Source of the DNA: Mobula hypostoma
Taxonomy: Eukaryota
Direction: 5' to 3'
Length of the DNA stretch: 64,000 bases
Assembly: GCF_963921235.1 (NCBI RefSeq)
Contig: NC_086097.1
Span: forward strand, 2,356,001-2,420,000
Position numbers and translations under genes: made by a program. The notes beneath the pieces were generated by a model. It was not told the origin of the DNA. It saw only the letters and a program-made list of their open reading frames with translations, and did no database searches. Below are positions 50,278 to 63,117 of the stretch, one piece after another (the stretch's first letter is position 1; the number at the start of each line of letters is the position of its first letter).

Positions 50278-50781
50278 TAGTCATATTTTATTGATCCCGA
50301 GGGAAATTGGTTTTCGTTACAGTTGCACCATAAATAATTAAATAGTAATAAAACCATAAATAGTTAAGTAGTAATATGTAAATTATGCCAGGAAATAAGT
50401 CCAGGACCAGCCTATCGGCTCAGGGTGTCTGACCCTCCAAGGGAGGAGTTGTAAAGTTTGATGGCCACAGGCAGGAATGACTTCCTATGACGCTCTGTGT
50501 TGCATCTCGGTGGAATGAGTCTCTGGCTGAATGTACTCCTGTGCCCACCCAGTACATTATGTAGTGGATGGGAGACACTGTCCAAGATGGCATGCAACTT
50601 AGACAGCATCCTCTTTTCAGACACCACCGTCAGAGAGTCCAGTTCCATCCCCACATCACTGGCCTTATCAATGAGTTTGTTGATTCTGCTGGTGTCCGCC
50701 ACTCTCAGCCTGCTGCCCCAGCACACAACAGCAAACATGATAGCACTGGCTACCACAGACTCGTAGAACATCCTCAGCATC
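50278..50781 (-). mobile_element. Young Rex1/Babar 3' fragment
   Basis: ORF 50412..50807 nearly identical to 49383..49754. Confidence 0.93.
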
Positions 50782-51491
50782 TTACTCTTTAATTGCCCCC
50801 ACTTCACACATACAAAAAGACAACAGTATCTCAGATATTTCCCAGATCGGTAAATGTTCCTCTCTTTACCACTGCTGCATGACTGGCCAACTATTTACAG
50901 AATTGTGTGTTCCAGTTCTAGGAAGTCAGACAGCTTTGGCACAAGTTTACCCTTTAATTACACTTGACACTGTAAACATGAACATAGAGATTAATACTGA
51001 AGAGACCCATCCAGTACCAATCATCCTCATTGTAACTCGAGTCCTGCTTCCTGCTTGAGAGGGAGCAGTGAAACAAGGCTCCCTTCTTAACGACAAACAA
51101 TACACATCACAATGGGTCTGTCTATCTGAACATCAGATCCAGCATGGTGTCCCAGCAATTCAAACTCTGGGGACACTGAAGGGTTGAGATTTGGGTTTTC
51201 TTTAAGAGAATTGCACTGTAAGGAAGGTGACATAAGTGTCCAAACCAGATTCACATGGTTATTGCATGATAACATTTGAGATTTTCCATCACCCAGGATG
51301 GATATCCAGTTTCTCATTGCTACTATCAGGTACAGGAGCTTGAAGACACACACTCAACATTTCAGGAACAGCTTCTTCCAGTCCGCTATCAGATTCCTGA
51401 ATGGATAATAAACCCAACAGCACTACCTCATGATTTTTTTTAAAAACTCTCTTTTTGCTCAACTTACTTAATTCAATTTTTTTTATATATG

Positions 51492-51815
51492 CAGTAGATT
51501 CCAGTTAATTAGGCACAAATTGGGACCAGTGCATTTTGGACCAGTTGAGCAGCTGCCCCAATTAGCCAAAGCTTCATGAAAATAATTAAGTAGTATTTTT
51601 AAAAAAGCCAAACTGAGTAAGAAATTATGTATTAAAATGGAATACGGAACAACCAATAGTCCCATGGTGCTATAAAACTGGGTACTAGTTCCTAATAGAA
51701 ATCAAAGGAGGAATTCATCCAGCGTATACAATGAACAAAATTGAGGCAGACACTCAGTGCGGATACCGGATTGACTTCATACAATGCTATTGACAATTGT
51801 ATTGTCCAAATCTTC
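51492..51815. mobile_element. One end of a Tc1/mariner-pogo-type non-autonomous element
   Basis: Starts CAGTAGATTCCAGTTAATT after a TA-rich flank, with repeated subterminal AATTRG motifs. No partner TIR seen. Confidence 0.5.
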
Positions 51816-52229
51816 ACCACATGCTGGACCGTTGTGCCTCCTTTGTAATTACATCAATATGTTGGGTGCAGGATAGATCTGCAGATCTCAGCAGCTTGGA
51901 AGTGCTCACCCATTCCACTCCACTGCTGATCCCTTCATGAGGACTGGTGTCGTGTCCCCATATTGGTTGGCAATGGAAACTCAACACCAGAATGAGGCTC
52001 TAACCATGCAGCCCAACATCCACCAAGGAGCCAATCATTAATGTAGTAGCACAGTTAAAAGAAAATAATCCAAGAGACATCGTCTCCACTCCCAGTACAT
52101 TTACTGAGTGTGCATGCGCCCTTTCAACAGGAAGCCCAATTTTGTTGACTAATTTGAGAGACCGAAAGTAAAAACACTTGAAATAACATTTTTGTCTGAG
52201 TCCTGTTATTTATATCTTGCACAGCTTAA

Positions 52230-52966
52230 GTGCTATCTATAAAATTTGCTGATGATATCGGCAGAAACTCAGATGGTGACGAGAGGGCATACAGGAGTGA
52301 GATACATCAGCTAGTTGAGTGTGTTGTATATCTATGTTACTTAAAATCCATTTTGTATATGCTGATTAAGATTATTCCAATCTCTCTGTACCAACTTTGT
52401 TATTGTGTTTATAATTTTGTAAATTAATAAAAAGATTTAAAAAGAAAGAAAAAGATGTGTGTTGCAGCAATAACCTTGCACTCATTGCCAGTAAGATCAA
52501 ATTGTGGATTTCAGAAAGGGTAAGAAGAGGGAGCACACCAGTCCTCATAGAGGGATCGGAAGTGGAAAGAGTGAGCAATTTCAAGTTCCTGGGCATCAAT
52601 ATCCTGGGTCCAACATACCAGTGCAGCCACAAAGAAGGTAGGACAACAGCTACATTTCATTAGGAGTTCGAGGAGACTTGGCAAGTCCCCAAAAGCAATC
52701 ACAAATTTCTACAGATGTACCATGGACAGCATTCGAATTGGCAGCATCACCATCTGGTGGGGGGGATCAAAATAAGTAGCAGAGTTGCAAACCTAGTCAG
52801 CTGCATCATGGGCACGAGACTCCATAAGTACACAGACATACACATCTGATATTGATGTGTATATACACTTACTGTAATCCATTTTGTCTCTATTACGTAT
52901 TGCATTGTACAGCTGTTGTAAAAACAAATTTCACAACATATGCCAGTAATATTAAACCCGATTCTG
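52230..52966 (+). mobile_element. Rex1/Babar fragment (RT to tail)
   Basis: KFADD..GDERAYRSEI; PVLIEGSEVERVSNFKFLG. Confidence 0.82.
52327..52456 (+). mobile_element. 130-bp retroposed 3' tail (L1/Tx1-type) with 8-bp TSD
   Basis: AATAAA and (AAAG)n tail; GTGTGTTG duplicated at 52319-52326 and 52457-52464. Confidence 0.7.
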
Positions 52967-53188
52967 GGGCCGGCTGGTGGCGCAATGACATCAGCGCTGG
53001 ACTCCAGAACGAAGGCTCTCGGGTTCAAATCCACTCAGGGCCGCTCCCGAGGACGTTTTCCATCCGTGCCGGGTTGAGTGTCGAGATCGCAACTCGACCT
53101 CGTAAAGTAAAGGGAAAAATACTGCGAGATGTCTGTGTGAGGAGTGGTGCACCACTCAGTCTCTCCCCCTCCCCGCACACGCAAGAAA
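52967..53188 (+). mobile_element. tRNA-derived SINE
   Basis: A-box TGGCGCAATGA (52978), B-box GGTTCAAATCC (53022); flanked by an AACCYGATTCTG direct repeat; CpG-rich. Confidence 0.8.
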
Positions 53189-53434
53189 TAACCTGATTCT
53201 GAACTCCAACACATTAAACCAGTCAAAAGGAAAACAAGGGAGGGCTGAGGAGTAACTTGTCTACTTTGTTTTTACTTTTAGTGAGATGCACAAATATGAC
53301 CTGGTGGTGTGATAGTCATAGTCATACTTTATTGATCCTGGGGCAAATTGATTACAGTACAGTATGTCGTTCATGTACTTTTACATATACCTGCAATGAA
53401 TTAAACAAAAAATGCTTAATCAAACAATATTTAC

Positions 53435-54855
53435 AATAAGATATATGGGAGCAGATTTAGGCCATTTGGCCCATCTGTTCTGCCATTTCATCATGGCTGA
53501 TCCATTATCTCTGTCAACTCCAATCTCCTGCCTTCTCCCTGTGTCCCTTCATGCCCTGACGAATCACAAATCTATCAACCTCTGCCTTAAATATATGTAA
53601 AGACTTAGCCTCCACAGCTATCTGTGGCAAAGAATTCCACAGAATTCGCTAAAGAGATTCCTCTTAATCTCAGTTCTAAGAGGATGCTCCTCTATTCTGA
53701 GGCTGTGTTCTCTGACCATATAAGACATAGGAGCAGAATTAGGCCATCTGGCCCATTGAGTCTACTCTGCCATTCAATCATGACTGATCCTTTTTTCCCT
53801 CCTCCTCAACCCCAGTTCCTGGCCTTCTCCCCGTAACCTTGGATTCCATGTTCAATCAAGAACCTATCAATCTCTGCCTTAAGTACATACAACGACCTGG
53901 CCTCTACAGCTGCACGTGGCAACAAATTCCACAAACTCACCACCCTTTGGCCCCGCATCTCTGTTTTGAATGGGTGCCCCTCTATCCTGAAGCTGTGCCC
54001 TTTTGTCCTAGACTCTCCCACCATGGGAAACATCCTTTCCAAATCTACTCTGTCTAGGCCTTTCTACATTCAAAAGGTTTCAATGAGATTCCCCCCTCAT
54101 TCTTCTGAATTCTGGTGAATACAGGCCCAGAGCCATCAGACGCTCTTCATATGACAAGCCATTCAATTCTGGAATCATTTTTGTGAATCTCCTTTGATCC
54201 CTCTGCAGTTTCAGCACATCCTTTCTAAGATAAGGGGCCCAAACCTGCTCACAATACTCCAAGTGAGACATCACCGGTGTTTAATTATAAAATCTCAGCG
54301 TTACATCCTTGCTTTTATATTCTAGTCCTCTTGGAATGAATGCTAACATTGCATTTGCCTTCCTCACCACAGACTCAACCTGCCAATTAACTTTAGGGAA
54401 TCCTGCACAAGGACTCCCAAGTCCCTTTTGCACCTCAGTTTTTTGTATTTTCTCTCCATTTAGAAAACAGTCAACCTTTTTATTTCTTCTGCCAAAGTGC
54501 ATGACCATAAACTTCTGGACACAACATTCCATCTGCCATTTCTTTGCCCATTCTCCAAACCTGTCTAAGTCTTTCTGTAGCCTCTCTACTTCCTCAAAAC
54601 TACTTGCCCTTCCAACTATCTTCAAATCATCTGCAAGCTTTACAACAAAGCTATCAATTCCATCATCCAAATCTTTGACATACAATGTAAAAAGAATTGG
54701 TATCAGCTCAGACCCCTGTGGAACACCACTAGTCAACAGCAGCCAGTTAGAAAGGGCTCCCTTTATTCCCACTCTTTGCCTCCTGAAAATCAGCCACCGC
54801 TTTATCCTTGCTCAAACCTTTCATGTAATACCATAGGCTCATTGCTTGTTAAGCA
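53435..54855 (-). mobile_element. Two tandem CR1 fragments (3' ends at ~53435 and ~53715)
   Basis: ORF 54281..54772 TSGVPQGS..KLADDLK; ORFs 54080..54274 and 53806..54042. Confidence 0.88.
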
Positions 54856-55601
54856 ATATTTCTGTAATATTTCAGAAATATTAAATACACACCCCCAACC
54901 CCCACACACAAATAACCGAGCAATTATAAACAGGAAAAGAGGATACGCAAGAAGGAATCATTAGTATACAATTTATTCCTGGTCAGATACAACTAACAAA
55001 TCCTAAACAAGTTTCAGACTCTGCAGTTTGTCTGAGTATTCCTCTGTGTATTAGTATTTTATGGTGCAAACATGAAGCCTGAACCACATCTTGTATATAA
55101 TAGAACATACCATGGATTTTGGTCAACACAAAGTGTAATTTGTGTAATGGCAAGCTTAAACAACACACTGCATATCTGTGACATGTGACATCAAGCAACG
55201 TTGAAAGATTAATGTCTGCTCTTGTCTGAGACACAACTACTCCAAGCTCTCACACTTGGTCCCAGATAAACAGATCGCAATGACAAGAAGCTAGGAGCAG
55301 GGGCAGAGGAATTAAAACCAACAACAGCCACAAGTTTGCTGTCAGTCGATGAGATAGAACGGGCTCATCAAACAGTACAGCACAGGAATAGGCTCTTCAG
55401 CCCACAATGTTGTGCTGATCTAACAGCCAACTATACCAATCTCTTCTGCTGACATAATGTCCACATCCCTCCCCTTTCTTCGCATTCCTCTGCCTACCTA
55501 AAGGTCTCTTAAAAGTCTCTAATGTATCTGCCTCTACCACCACCCCAGGCAGTGTATTCCAGACACCCACCACTCTGTAAAAAAAAACCTCCCTCTCTCT
55601 A

Positions 55602-56148
55602 ATTGTGTCCAGTTTTGGTCCCCTAATCTGAGGAAAGACATCTTTGCCATAGAGGGAGTACAAAGAAGGTTCACCAGATTGATTCCTGAGATGGCAGGAC
55701 TTTCATATGAAGAAAGACTGGATGAACTGGGCTTGTACTTGTTGGAATTTAGAAGATTGAGGGGGGATCTGATTGAAACGTATAAAATCCTAAAAGGATT
55801 GGACAGGCTAGATGCAGGAAGATTGTTCCCGATGTTGGGGAAGTCCAGAACGAGGGGTCACAGTTTGAGGATAAAGGGGAAGCCTTTTAGGACCGAGATT
55901 AGGAAAAACTTCTTCACACAGAGAGTGGTGAATCTGAGGAATTCTCTGCCACAGGAAACAGTTGAGGCCAGTTCATTGGCTATGTTTAAGAGGGAGTTAG
56001 ATATGGCCCTTGTGGCTAAAGGGATCAAGGGGTATGGGGGGAAGGCTGGTACAGGGTTCCGAGTTGGATGATCAGCCATGATCATACTGAATGGCGGTGC
56101 AGGCTTGAAAGGCCGAATGGCCTAATTCTGCACCTATTTTCTATGTTT
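55602..56148 (+). mobile_element. Young CR1 3' fragment
   Basis: ORF 55679..56071 open to its natural stop; TTTCTATGTTTC tail; same family as 1-2087. Confidence 0.93.
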
Positions 56149-56163
56149 CGCACTTCTCCTTAA

Positions 56164-56597
56164 GTCATAGTCATACTTTATTGATCCTGGGGAAATTGGT
56201 TTTTGTTACAGTTGCACCATAAATAATAAATAGTAATAGAACCATAAGTAGTTAAATAGTAATAGGTAAATTATGCCAGGAAGTAAGTCCAGGACCAGCC
56301 TATTGGCTCAGGGTGTCTGACCCTCCAAGGGAAGAGTTGTAAAGTTTGATGGCCGCAGGCAGGAATGACTTCCTATGACGCTCAGTGTTGTATCTCGGTG
56401 GAACGAGTCTCTGGCTGAATGTACTCCTGTGCCCACCCAGTCCATTATGTAGTGGATGGGAGACATTGACCAAGATGGCATGCAACTTAGACAGCATCCT
56501 CTTTTCAGACACCACCATCAGAGAGTCCAGTTCCATCCCCACAACATCACTGGCCTTACGAATGAGTTTGTTGATTCTGTTGGTGTCTGCCACCCTC
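56164..56597 (-). mobile_element. Young Rex1/Babar 3' fragment
   Basis: ORF 56300..56599; (GACTAT)n tail. Confidence 0.92.
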
Positions 56598-57084
56598 ATT
56601 ACCCCCCCCCCACCTTAAATGCGTGTCCCTTGGTATTAGACATTTCAAACTTGGGAGAAAATATTGTCTGTCTACTCTATGTCTCATAAATTTATAAACC
56701 TCAATCAGATCTCCCCTCAGCCTCCACCGCTCTGGAGAAAACAAGCCAGGTCTGTCCACCCTCTCATTACAGCACCTGCCCCACCGTGGAGCTCACTGGG
56801 AAAATGGAGTGGGCACAGTTACCAGGAAGAATGACCTGCACCAGTTACAATCCCTTTCCCCAAGCACAAATTAACTACTGATCATTTGCTTTACTCCTAA
56901 GCAAAACTGAAATGACACAGACTTGTTGAAAAACTACCTCCAAGGCAGTCTGGAATCACTCCTGCCTGCACATTCCAGTCCTACCAAGTCAAAACTAGAG
57001 AAACATTTGCCTCCACTCAGTAATGGCAATGCCAACTTCTACATTCGGGCCACAAAAGTTAGCGCAACACTACAACAGAAGTTT

Positions 57085-57760
57085 GCACGTTCTCACCATG
57101 ACGACTAATTTTACCCTATCATCTGCCTGTTCTTCCTGACAGTCTTACTAAACTGCATCTAGTTGTACACCAACTGCCCCGTCCTCAGCACTATCACTCC
57201 AGTCCCATCCCCCTGCCAAATTACTTTAAACCTTCCGAAAAATAACTAGTAAACCTGACCGCAAGGATATGACTGATCTTCAGCCCCCTTTTCCGTACGA
57301 ACCCCAGAGACAACGTCAGTATGGCTTTGCCCTGGTAGGTAGTAAACTCCAACAGTATCCAAAGTGATATACTTATTGAAGGGAACAGCCACAAAGCTCT
57401 CTGCACTGGCTGCCTATTTCCTTTCCCACTCCTGACAGTCCCCCAGGTACCTGCCTCGTGCAACTTGGGGGTGGCTACCTCCCTGTTGCTCCAATCTATC
57501 AGCTCCTCAGTTTCCCTCATCAGCTGAAGGTCGTCGAGCTGCAACTCAATACACTTCGTGCAGATAGTTATCAGGAACGCTGGAGGTCTCCCAAATTTCC
57601 CACATCTCACACAAGGAACATACGGAACTACCTCCGGATCCATTCTCAGTGCACGAACTATGTACTAGAACTTACTTGGAACCTCTGCCTGAGCTTTCCA
57701 AGCCCGCTGAGCCAACGCCAGATCACTCTAACACGAGTCCACCGACACAATGGCTGCTCC
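57085..57760 (-). mobile_element. CR1 5' region / ORF1 N-terminal zinc finger and coiled-coil remnant
   Basis: ICTKCIELQLDDLQLMRETEELID..EVATPK..WGTVRSGKG. Confidence 0.75.
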
Positions 57761-58049
57761 AAGAGCAAATTGTGCATGTCCCATGGATTAGGAAAGGGTT
57801 TAGGAAGTGGGGTATCAGAGAAAGGGAGGGAATTGAGGATTGGAGTTCACAGAAAAATGTGGAATACAAGGTTTAATGGGGTAGTGAGTTACAGCGTGGT
57901 GACTGGAGTAAAGGTCCTGCGATTGCCACGGCTACTGCAGCACATCACCGATGAAGAAGTGTGCACACTGAGAATGTGTGTTCACATGTCCTCGGACAGG
58001 AGGAGGTACGGCAAAGGAGAAACGCAGCTGCGACTGCCACCCCAATGAA

Positions 58050-58307
58050 TGCGGCACTGTAGTGTAATGCTTTACAGTTCAGGCAACCCAGGTTCAATTC
58101 CCTCTGCTGCCAGGAAGAAATTTGTACCTTCTCCCTGTTACCTCTGGCTCCTCCAGTTTCTTCCCACAGTCCACCGGTTGGTAGGTTAACTGGCCGTTGT
58201 AAATTGTCCTGTGATTATGCTACGATTACAACCAGGGATTGCAGGGTGGTGTGATCAAAGGACCAGAAGGGCCTGTTCTACGTTGTATCTCAATAAATAA
58301 ATAAATA
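58050..58307 (+). mobile_element. V-domain tRNA SINE (HE1-like)
   Basis: B-box GGTTCAATTCC; V core CCAGTTTCTTCCCACAGTCCA..GTAGGTTAACTGG; tail GAAGGGCCTGTT and (AAAT)n. Confidence 0.75.
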
Positions 58308-59179
58308 GTTGCAATGCCATATCCAAATCTCACTAGCCCACAGAAATAAGGGAGTGACTAAAAATAATGTCAACATTTCTTGTTTCTTTTGCATTCTTGT
58401 TCTTGTATTTTCCCCACATAAATTCCAACAGAGCAAATTTTATACCTTATCTCAGAATGTTTGGATACTGATTTGTGAAACAGCCTGAACGCAGGGGTTT
58501 CCTGCACGATCACTGGACAGCAAAAGGCAAACACAGGAGAACACTAAGTAGAGTGGCACTAAACAGGCAGAATACTGCTCAGTGCAGCGTTACAGGGGCG
58601 GAAAACAGGCTAGTCCATCCACTGACTCCAGGAAGAAGGGAAGATGGAGAAGGAACAGCTTGAAACCATTTAGAATAATGACGCAGTTAATGGGACTGAA
58701 AACTACTCCTATGGCAGCAGAAGATTAAAATGCTTTAACTATAATAGATAGCAAAGGATTTTGACCATACAGAGGAAAAGCACAAATAGAAAGCTATTTT
58801 AGGAGCAGAATTTAAGGAACATTAATTTATTGGGTCAGAGTTTCAGTAATAAAACAAAAACAGTCACCATCGATCCTGGAAGGAAAAGATCAGAGACAAT
58901 GGAAATGAATTACTGACAAATATGGGGTCATAGTTTCTATCAGAGCTGTATACTGATAGAGTGGGTTTAACTTGGCCAAAACAAGGTAGAATAGAGACAA
59001 GACAATGCAGATGCTGGAATCTGACACAAACAAAATGACGTTAATGAGTCTCCCCACCCACCTTTTTAACTAATTGTTAGAGGAGCACCATCGAGCATGT
59101 CCTCACCATCTGCACCACCGTCTGGACAGCAATTGTTGTGGAGATAGAGGCGAGTGAGGCTTCCTCTCAACTTCTTATT

Positions 59180-59695
59180 CTAACCAATTGTTACAGGAGT
59201 ATCCTGACCAGCTGCATCACTGTCTGGCATGGGAATTGCAAGGCATCTGACTACAAGTCCCTACAAAGGATTGTAAGGACTGTGGACAGTATCACTGGGG
59301 TCTCTCTTCCACCTATCAGAGATATTTACCAGGAGCACAGTGCACAAGGTCCCTGAGCATTGTCAATGATCCCTCACATCCATCCAACAATTTCTCTGAC
59401 CCCCCCCCCCCCCACCGCCATCAGGCAGGAGATACTGGAGCGTTAGGATGGGAACAGCTTCTTCCCCCAGGCCGTGAGAGAACTGAACTTCCTGCCACCA
59501 CCCAGATCTCATCACATATGAAGCACCAGTACTGTTTTATTGGTTACTTTTTAAACTAGTTAATGTATTTGTGGTAATATTACTTTATGTGTTGTGTATG
59601 AGTTGTATGTACTGTGTTGTGCATCTTGGCCAGAAGGAATGTTGTTTTGTTTGATGGTTCATGAACACGGTTGAATGACAATAAACTTGAGTTTG
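59180..59695 (+). mobile_element. Rex1/Babar 3' fragment
   Basis: SILTSCITVWHGNCKASDYKSLQRIVRT. Confidence 0.82.
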
Positions 59696-60011
59696 ATGGT
59701 GGAGGTCACTCAGCGTACCAGACAGAGGGAAATGGCCAATGTTTCAGATCGAGATCTTTCATCTGGAGCAAAGGATGGCTGAGTTTTATAGAAATATAGA
59801 AAATCTACAGCACATTTCAGGCCCTTTGGCCCACAATGTTGTGCCGACCATGTAACCTACTCTAGAAGCTGCCTAGAATTTCCCCATCGCATAGCCCTCT
59901 ATTTTTCTAGCTCCATGTACCTATCTAAGAGGCGGGAGAACCCATCAAAAATACCTCCTCCGAGAAGATGTTCCTGAATTGATTGGTTTGGAAACTGGCA
60001 TCCATTTCATG

Positions 60012-60130
60012 ATAAACATGAGATTCTGCAGATGCTGGAAATCCAGAGCACACACAAAATTCTGGAGGACCTCAGCAGGTCAGGGAGCATCTATGAAAAG
60101 GAATAAACCCTTCTTCAGGACTGGAAAGGA
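60012..60130 (-). mobile_element. Penelope pLTR half-copy
   Basis: Family arm TCTGCAGATGCTGGAAATCCAGAGC..; minus-strand CAGTCCTGAAGAAGGGT. Confidence 0.6.
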
Positions 60131-60374
60131 AGGTGAAAGCAGCCTCATGGTGAAGAAGGGGAATGAAATAAGCAGCAGGGAGGTCAACAATAACCCAAAC
60201 AGGCTGACAGCAGACAGCTCTTACAGAACTGCTAAATGAAATACATACAGCATTACAGTGAAGATGTGAACCAAGGCATTACACAGGCAAAAATGATAAT
60301 AGGCTGGACACCTCCTTATTTTGTTTTTATTCACTTATTCATTCATTCAAAGATACAGAGCAGAATAGGCCAAA

Positions 60375-62012
60375 AGACCACAAGACAGGAGCAGAATTAG
60401 GCCATTTCTCTTCTCCACCATTTCATCATGGCTGATCCATTTTCTCTCTCCTACACATTTTTCTGCCTTCACCCTGTAACCTTTCATGCCCTGATTAATC
60501 AAGAACCTATCAACCTCCGCCATAAATATGTCCAGTGACTTGGCCTCCACAGCCACCTATGGTAACAAATTCCACTTATTCACCACTCTCTGGTTAAAGA
60601 AATTCCTCACCTCCATTCTAAAGGAAAGTCCCTCTATTCTGAGATAATGCTCTCTGGTCCGAGACTCCTCAATTATAAGAAACTTCCTCTCCACATCTAC
60701 TCTATCCAGGCTTTTCAATATTAGAAACATAGAAAATCTACAGCACAATACAGGCCCTTCGGCCCACAAAGTTGTGCCAAACATGTCCCTACCTTAGAAC
60801 TACCTAGGCTTACCCATTGCCCTCTATTTTTCTAAGCTCCATGCACCTATCCAAAAGTCTCTTAAAAGACCCTATCATATCCACCTCCACCACTGTTGCC
60901 GGCAGCCCATTCCACACACTCACCACTCTCTGAGTAAAAAACTTACCCCTGACATCTCCTCTGAACCTACTTCCCAGCACCTTAAACCTGTGTCCTCTTG
61001 TGGCAAGCATTTCAGCCCTGGGAAAAAGCCTCTGACTATCCACACAATCAATGCCTCTCATCATCTTATACATCTCTATCAGATCACCTCTCATCCTCCG
61101 TTGCTCCAAGGAGAAAAGGCCAAGTTTACTCAACCTGTTTTCATAAGACATGCTCCCCAATCCAGGCAACATTCTTGTAAATCTCCTCTGCACCCTTTCT
61201 ATGGTTTCCACATCCTTCCTGTAGTGAGGTGACCAGAACTGAGCACAGTACTCCAAGTGGGGTCTGACCAGGGTCCTATATAGCTGCAACATTACCTCTC
61301 GGCTCCTAAATTCAATTCCACGATTGATGAAGGCCAATACACCGTATACCTTCTTAACCACAGAGTCGACCTGCGCAGCTGCTTTGAGCGTCCTATGGAC
61401 TCAGACCCCAAGATCCCTCTGATCCTCCACACTGCCAAGAGTCTTACCATTAACACTATATTCTGCCATCATATTTGACCTACCAAAATGAACCACTTCA
61501 CACTTATCTGGGTTGAACTCCACCTGCCACTTCTCAGCCCAGTTTTGCATCCCATCAATGTCCGCTGTAACCTCTGACAGCCCTCCACACTATCCACAAC
61601 ACCCCCAACCTTTGTGTCATCAGCTAACTTACTAACCCATCCCTCCACTTCCTCATCCAGGTTATTTATAAAAATCACAAAGAGTAGGGGTCCCAGAACA
61701 GATTCCTGAGGCACACCACTGGTCACCGACCTCCATGCAGAATATGACCCGTCTACAACCACTCTTTGCCTTCTGTGGGCAAGCCAGTTCAACAGGTTTC
61801 AATGAGATCCCCCTCAATTTTCAAAAAAAAATTGACCCAGAGCCATCAAATACTCCTCATATGTTAATCCTTTCATTCCTGGAATCATTTTCATGAACCT
61901 CTTCTGAACCCTCTCGAATGTCAGCACAGCCTTTCTTAGATAACGGGCCAAAAACTGCTTATAGTACTCCAAGTGAGGCTGTGGTGTGACTAACAAAGCC
62001 TCAGCATTACAT
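60375..62012 (-). mobile_element. Older CR1 3' fragment hosting a younger CR1
   Basis: Segments 60375-60721 and 61789-62012 are contiguous in CR1 terms. Confidence 0.78.
60722..61790 (-). mobile_element. Young 5'-truncated CR1
   Basis: ORFs 60810..61361 and 61469..61792 ([17 protein letters not shown]); TAGAAACATAGAAA tail. Confidence 0.93.
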
Positions 62013-63117
62013 CCTACGCCTCCAGTAACCTGCAACAATGCCCGACTTAACCCTAACCTCATCATGGCACAATTTATAACGACCAATTAACTTCCTAGCC
62101 CATACATCCTTGATACCTAAACAACTTAATCATCGACTCCTGTAATCCTGCCATTCTCTCTTTCACGCCTTCCATCAGGAAGATACTAAAACCAGGAAGC
62201 ACATATTTCCAGGTTCAAGTACAGCTTCTGCAGCTGTAATGTGTACATCTTGGTTAGTTGTGTACAACTTTTCATTGTTGTGAAATTACTGTGAATACCC
62301 AGTATCTCAGGGTTGTTCTGTGAATCTCAGGGTTGTATATGATGACATATATGCACATTGACAATAAATTTCTTGGAACTTAATCTTGTGGTTACAAGAC
62401 TATCAAACAGTGTTTGCTTGGTGCATGCCCTCTATTGCTTGCTCAGTGGAATATCATGCTGGTCCAGGACAACTCAGGGACTTGGACAATATTATGTTTG
62501 TTATCTTTGTGACTGTTCTTCTGAAATCATAATCATCTGTGCTATGTAATGTTGGTAAAGTGCTTTGCACCTTGATCCTGGAGAAACTCGTTTGGCTATG
62601 TTTATGTATGGTTGAATGATCATTAAACCTGAAACTTGAATTTGAACGAACCTTGTTAAGACCCTGTGGACTTTATTGTCCACAATTACTCTGTGTCTGG
62701 AACACCATATTCTGCATTCTGGTATTACTTTTCCCTTGTACTACAATGTACTCATGTAATTAAATGATCTGTATGGATAGCACAGTTTCTCACTGTACAC
62801 ATCAGTACATGTGACAAGCAACAAATGACAAAGTACAGAAAGCAGGGGGAAAGAAATTTCATTCCAGAATCCAGAGTTGGTATTAATTGGAGGATTCAGA
62901 AGCAAAGGACATGCTAACTTCACCAACGATGGTGTGGGAGTTGTGGTAAAGCATGGGTTAACATAGTGTCCAAGCAAGGATACACTACAAACAGAGTGGA
63001 GAGAGTCCAGACAAGAGCATAACTCCCTTTACATAGCAGTTTATGCTTATGGGAGATGAGATAAGAATAGAATATAACAAAAGGATGTGGAACACACACT
63101 AAGGGACAATCGTTTTA

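Larger units (their letters stand above)
55360..56780 (-). mobile_element. Old CR1 3' fragment split by a CR1(+) and a Rex(-) insertion
   Basis: Segments 55360-55600, 56149-56163 and 56596-56780 join into one CR1 C-terminus. Confidence 0.75.

Noticed and set aside
52967..53040. Functional tRNA gene
   Set aside because: No complete cloverleaf or oligo-T terminator; it continues into a SINE body with flanking direct repeats.
57458..58048. 196-aa plus-strand ORF
   Set aside because: Half of it is antisense to a CR1 ORF1 remnant and it has no recognisable domain.
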